From: Anaeramoeba ignava BMAN
Lineage: Eukaryota > Protista > Anaeramoebae
Assembly: GCA_028826165.1 (NCBI GenBank)
Contig: JAPDFW010000070.1
Coordinates: forward strand, 744,001 to 808,000
Length of the DNA: 64,000 nucleotides
Direction: 5' to 3'
Shown here: positions 61,263 to 64,000 of the stretch, in pieces
Layout of the letters: each line of letters begins with the position of its first letter
Numbering within the stretch: position 1 is the stretch's first letter
Translations under genes and position numbers: made by a program
The notes under the pieces: model-generated
What the model was told of the DNA's origin: nothing
What the model saw: only the letters and a program-made list of their open reading frames with translations
Database searches by the model: none

Positions 61263-64000
61263 ATGTTACTTTCTTTCAAAATTTATTTTCTTTTCATTTT
61301 CTTTTCTTTTTCTTTGATTATTCAAGTTTTTAATTATGGACTTGATAATTCAAATAATCCATTTTATAGTTTTCAAGGTCAAACATTAGAAACAAACAGA
61401 CATTGGGAAATGGGAGAAAATGCAATGATTTTCGATAAATATATTAGATTAACAGGTGATGAAAGAAATTCAAAAGGATGGCTTTGGAATAAAAATGTAT
61501 TTATTTATAAAATTAAATATAAAATTATTTATAAAATTAATTATAAAATTAATTATAAATTTATTTATTAAATTATTTATAAAATTATTTATTAAATTAT
61601 TTATTAAATTAAATATAAAATTAAATATAAAATTAATTATAAAATTAATTATAAATTTATTTATTAAATTATTTATAAAATTATTTATAAAATTATTTAT
61701 TAAATTATTTATTAAATTATTAATAAAATTATTTATAAAATTATTTATAAAATTATATATAAAATTAATTATTAAATTATTTATTAAATTAAATATAAAA
61801 TTATTTATAAAATTAAATATAAAATTATTAATAAAATTATTTATAAAATTATTAATAAAATTATTTATAAAATTATTTATAAATTTATTTATAAAATTAA
61901 ATATAAAATTATTTATAAAATTATTTATAAAATTATTTATAAAATTAAATATAAAATTATTTATAAAATTATTTATAAAATTATTTATAAAATTATTTAT
62001 AAAATTATTTATAAATTTATTTATAAAATTATTTATAAAATTAAATATAAAATTATTTATTAAATTATTTATTAAATTATTTATAAAATTATTTATAAAA
62101 TTATTTATAAAATCATTTATAAAATCATTTATAAAATTATTTATAAAATTATATATAAAATTATTTATAAATTATTTATAAAATTATATATAAAATTAAT
62201 TATAAATTATTTATAAAATTATTTATAAAATTAATTATAAAATTATTTATAAAATTATATATAAAATTATTTATAAAATTATTTATAAAATTATTTATAA
62301 AATTATTTATAAAATTATTTATAAAATTATTTATAAAATTATTTATAAAATTATTTATAAAATTAAATATAAAATTATTTATAAAATTCTTTTATTAAAT
62401 TATTTATAAAATTATTTATAAAATTATTTATAAAATTAAATATAAAATTATTTATTAAATTATTTATTAAATTATTTATTAAATTATTTATAAAATTATT
62501 TATAAAATTAAATATAAAATTATTTATAAAATTATTTATAAAATTAAATATAAAATTATTTATTAAATTATTTATTAAATTAAATATAAAATTAAATATA
62601 AAATTATTTATTAAATTATTTATTAAATTAAATATAAAATTATTTATAAAATTCTTTTATTAAATTATTTATTAAATTATTTATAAAATTATTTATAAAA
62701 TTATTTATTAAATTATTTATAAAATTATTTATAAAATTATTTATAAAATTATTTATAAAATTAAATATAAAATTAAATATAAAATTAAATATAAAATTAT
62801 TTATAAAATTAATTATAAAATTAATTATAAAATTAAATATAAAATTATTTATAAAAATATATTTTAATAGCCAAATACAATGAAATATTGGTCTTCAATC
62901 ATTACATTTCGAATTTCAAGTAGTAATAAAAGAATTGGAGCAGATGGATTTGTATTTTGGTATACAGAAAAACGAGCAATAACTGGAGAAACTTTTGGAA
63001 ACCAAGAAAATTTTAAAGGAATGGGAGTTTTTCTAGATACATTTGATAATGATAATAGTGTATAATAACAAGATTATAAAATATACAAATTTAAGAATAA
63101 TTGATTTATTCTTTTTTTTTTTGTTTATTTAAAAGGGAGATGCTCCTTTACTTCAACTTATGATTAATGATGGAACTCTTTTTTATGATAATTTAGTTGA
63201 TGGTAAATCATCTGTTGTTGCAAAATGTACTTTTAAATGCAGAAATTTACAAGATACATCAAAAATTAAAATTACTTATTTTAATGATGAAATTATTGTG
63301 TGTTTTTTATTATAAAATTTCAATTTAAATCAAAATTTCAATTCAAATTAAATCAAAATTTCAATTCAAATTAAATCAAAATTTCAATTTAAATCAAAAT
63401 TTCAATTTAAATCAAAATTTTTAAATTAAATCAAAATTTTCAAATTAAATCAAAATTTTTAAATCAAAATTTCAATTTAAATCAAAATTTTTAAATTAAA
63501 TCAAAATTTCAATTCAAACCAAAATTTTTAAATTAAATTAAAGGTTGAAACTTCACTTCAACCAAATGAACCTTGGCAAGAATGCTTTACATTCAAAGGT
63601 GTTGATCTTTCTCTTGGATATTATTTTGGAGTTTCTGCTCAAACTGGAGGAGTTTCAGGTTTGATTACTTATTTACTTATTTACTTATTAAATTTATTAA
63701 ATTTATTAAATTTATTAAATTTATTTATTTTATAAAATTTAAAAAGATAATCATGATATTTACAGCATTAATACACAAGATTTAACCAACAAAGAAGATT
63801 CTTTAGCTCAAAAACAAAAAGAAAAACAAAAAGAAAAACAAAAAGAAAAACAAATAATAGAGGAAAAAGAAAATGAAAAGGATTTATTACAAGATATTGA
63901 AAAATTAACACAAGAAATTGTTGATGAAATTCAATCAAAACGAAAAGAAATCCAACAAGAAATGTCAAGTCTTGAAAAAAATGAAGATTTTCATTTAACA
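61263..64000 (+). CDS. L-type lectin cargo receptor (ERGIC-53/VIP36-like), 3' truncated; exons 61263-61496, 62871-63059, 63136-63297, 63544-63658, 63747 onward
   Basis: Signal peptide, YIRLT..KGWLWN, GADGFVFWYT, FKGMGVFLDTFDND, GYYFGVSAQTGGVSDNHDI, then a coiled coil. Confidence 0.88.

Noticed and set aside
4892-62181. Low-complexity ORFs (ILIL, FDFD, KIRF, LIFILY, KLFI, DLIF) and antisense ORFs over EF2, GPI, DAK and Ras
   Set aside because: They are translations of microsatellites or shadows of real genes.

Overview
Very AT-rich, intron-containing eukaryotic DNA from an anaerobic protist. RCC1-BTB and kelch-BTB families, microsatellite-filled introns, a cyanobacterial/parabasalid-type GPI and a class II RNR suggest a metamonad such as Anaeramoeba (inference). 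Many single-base frameshifts fall in homopolymers, so the assembly looks like imperfectly polished long reads. Genes in order: RNF213-like C-terminus, divergent eEF2, RapGAP, ELYS-like, RBMX2/Snu17, a Rab needing a 6-nt micro-exon, a DUF5522/C1orf53-like gene missed by the ORF track, a miniature class II RNR-like gene, RCC1-BTB, a catalytically dead Rad50-like gene, about 16 tandem Ras-like genes split by an LZTR1-like kelch-BTB gene and a tRNA-Gly, GPI, ARH1, DAK/TKFC and an ERGIC-53/VIP36 lectin. The most striking system is the Ras array. The scaffold and CAAX are conserved, but the DTAGQE/switch II segment is replaced in every copy by a hypervariable Tyr/Trp/Asp-rich loop, and sequence modules are shuffled between copies. 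A satellite plus tRNA-Gly module occurs three times, each next to accessory genes.
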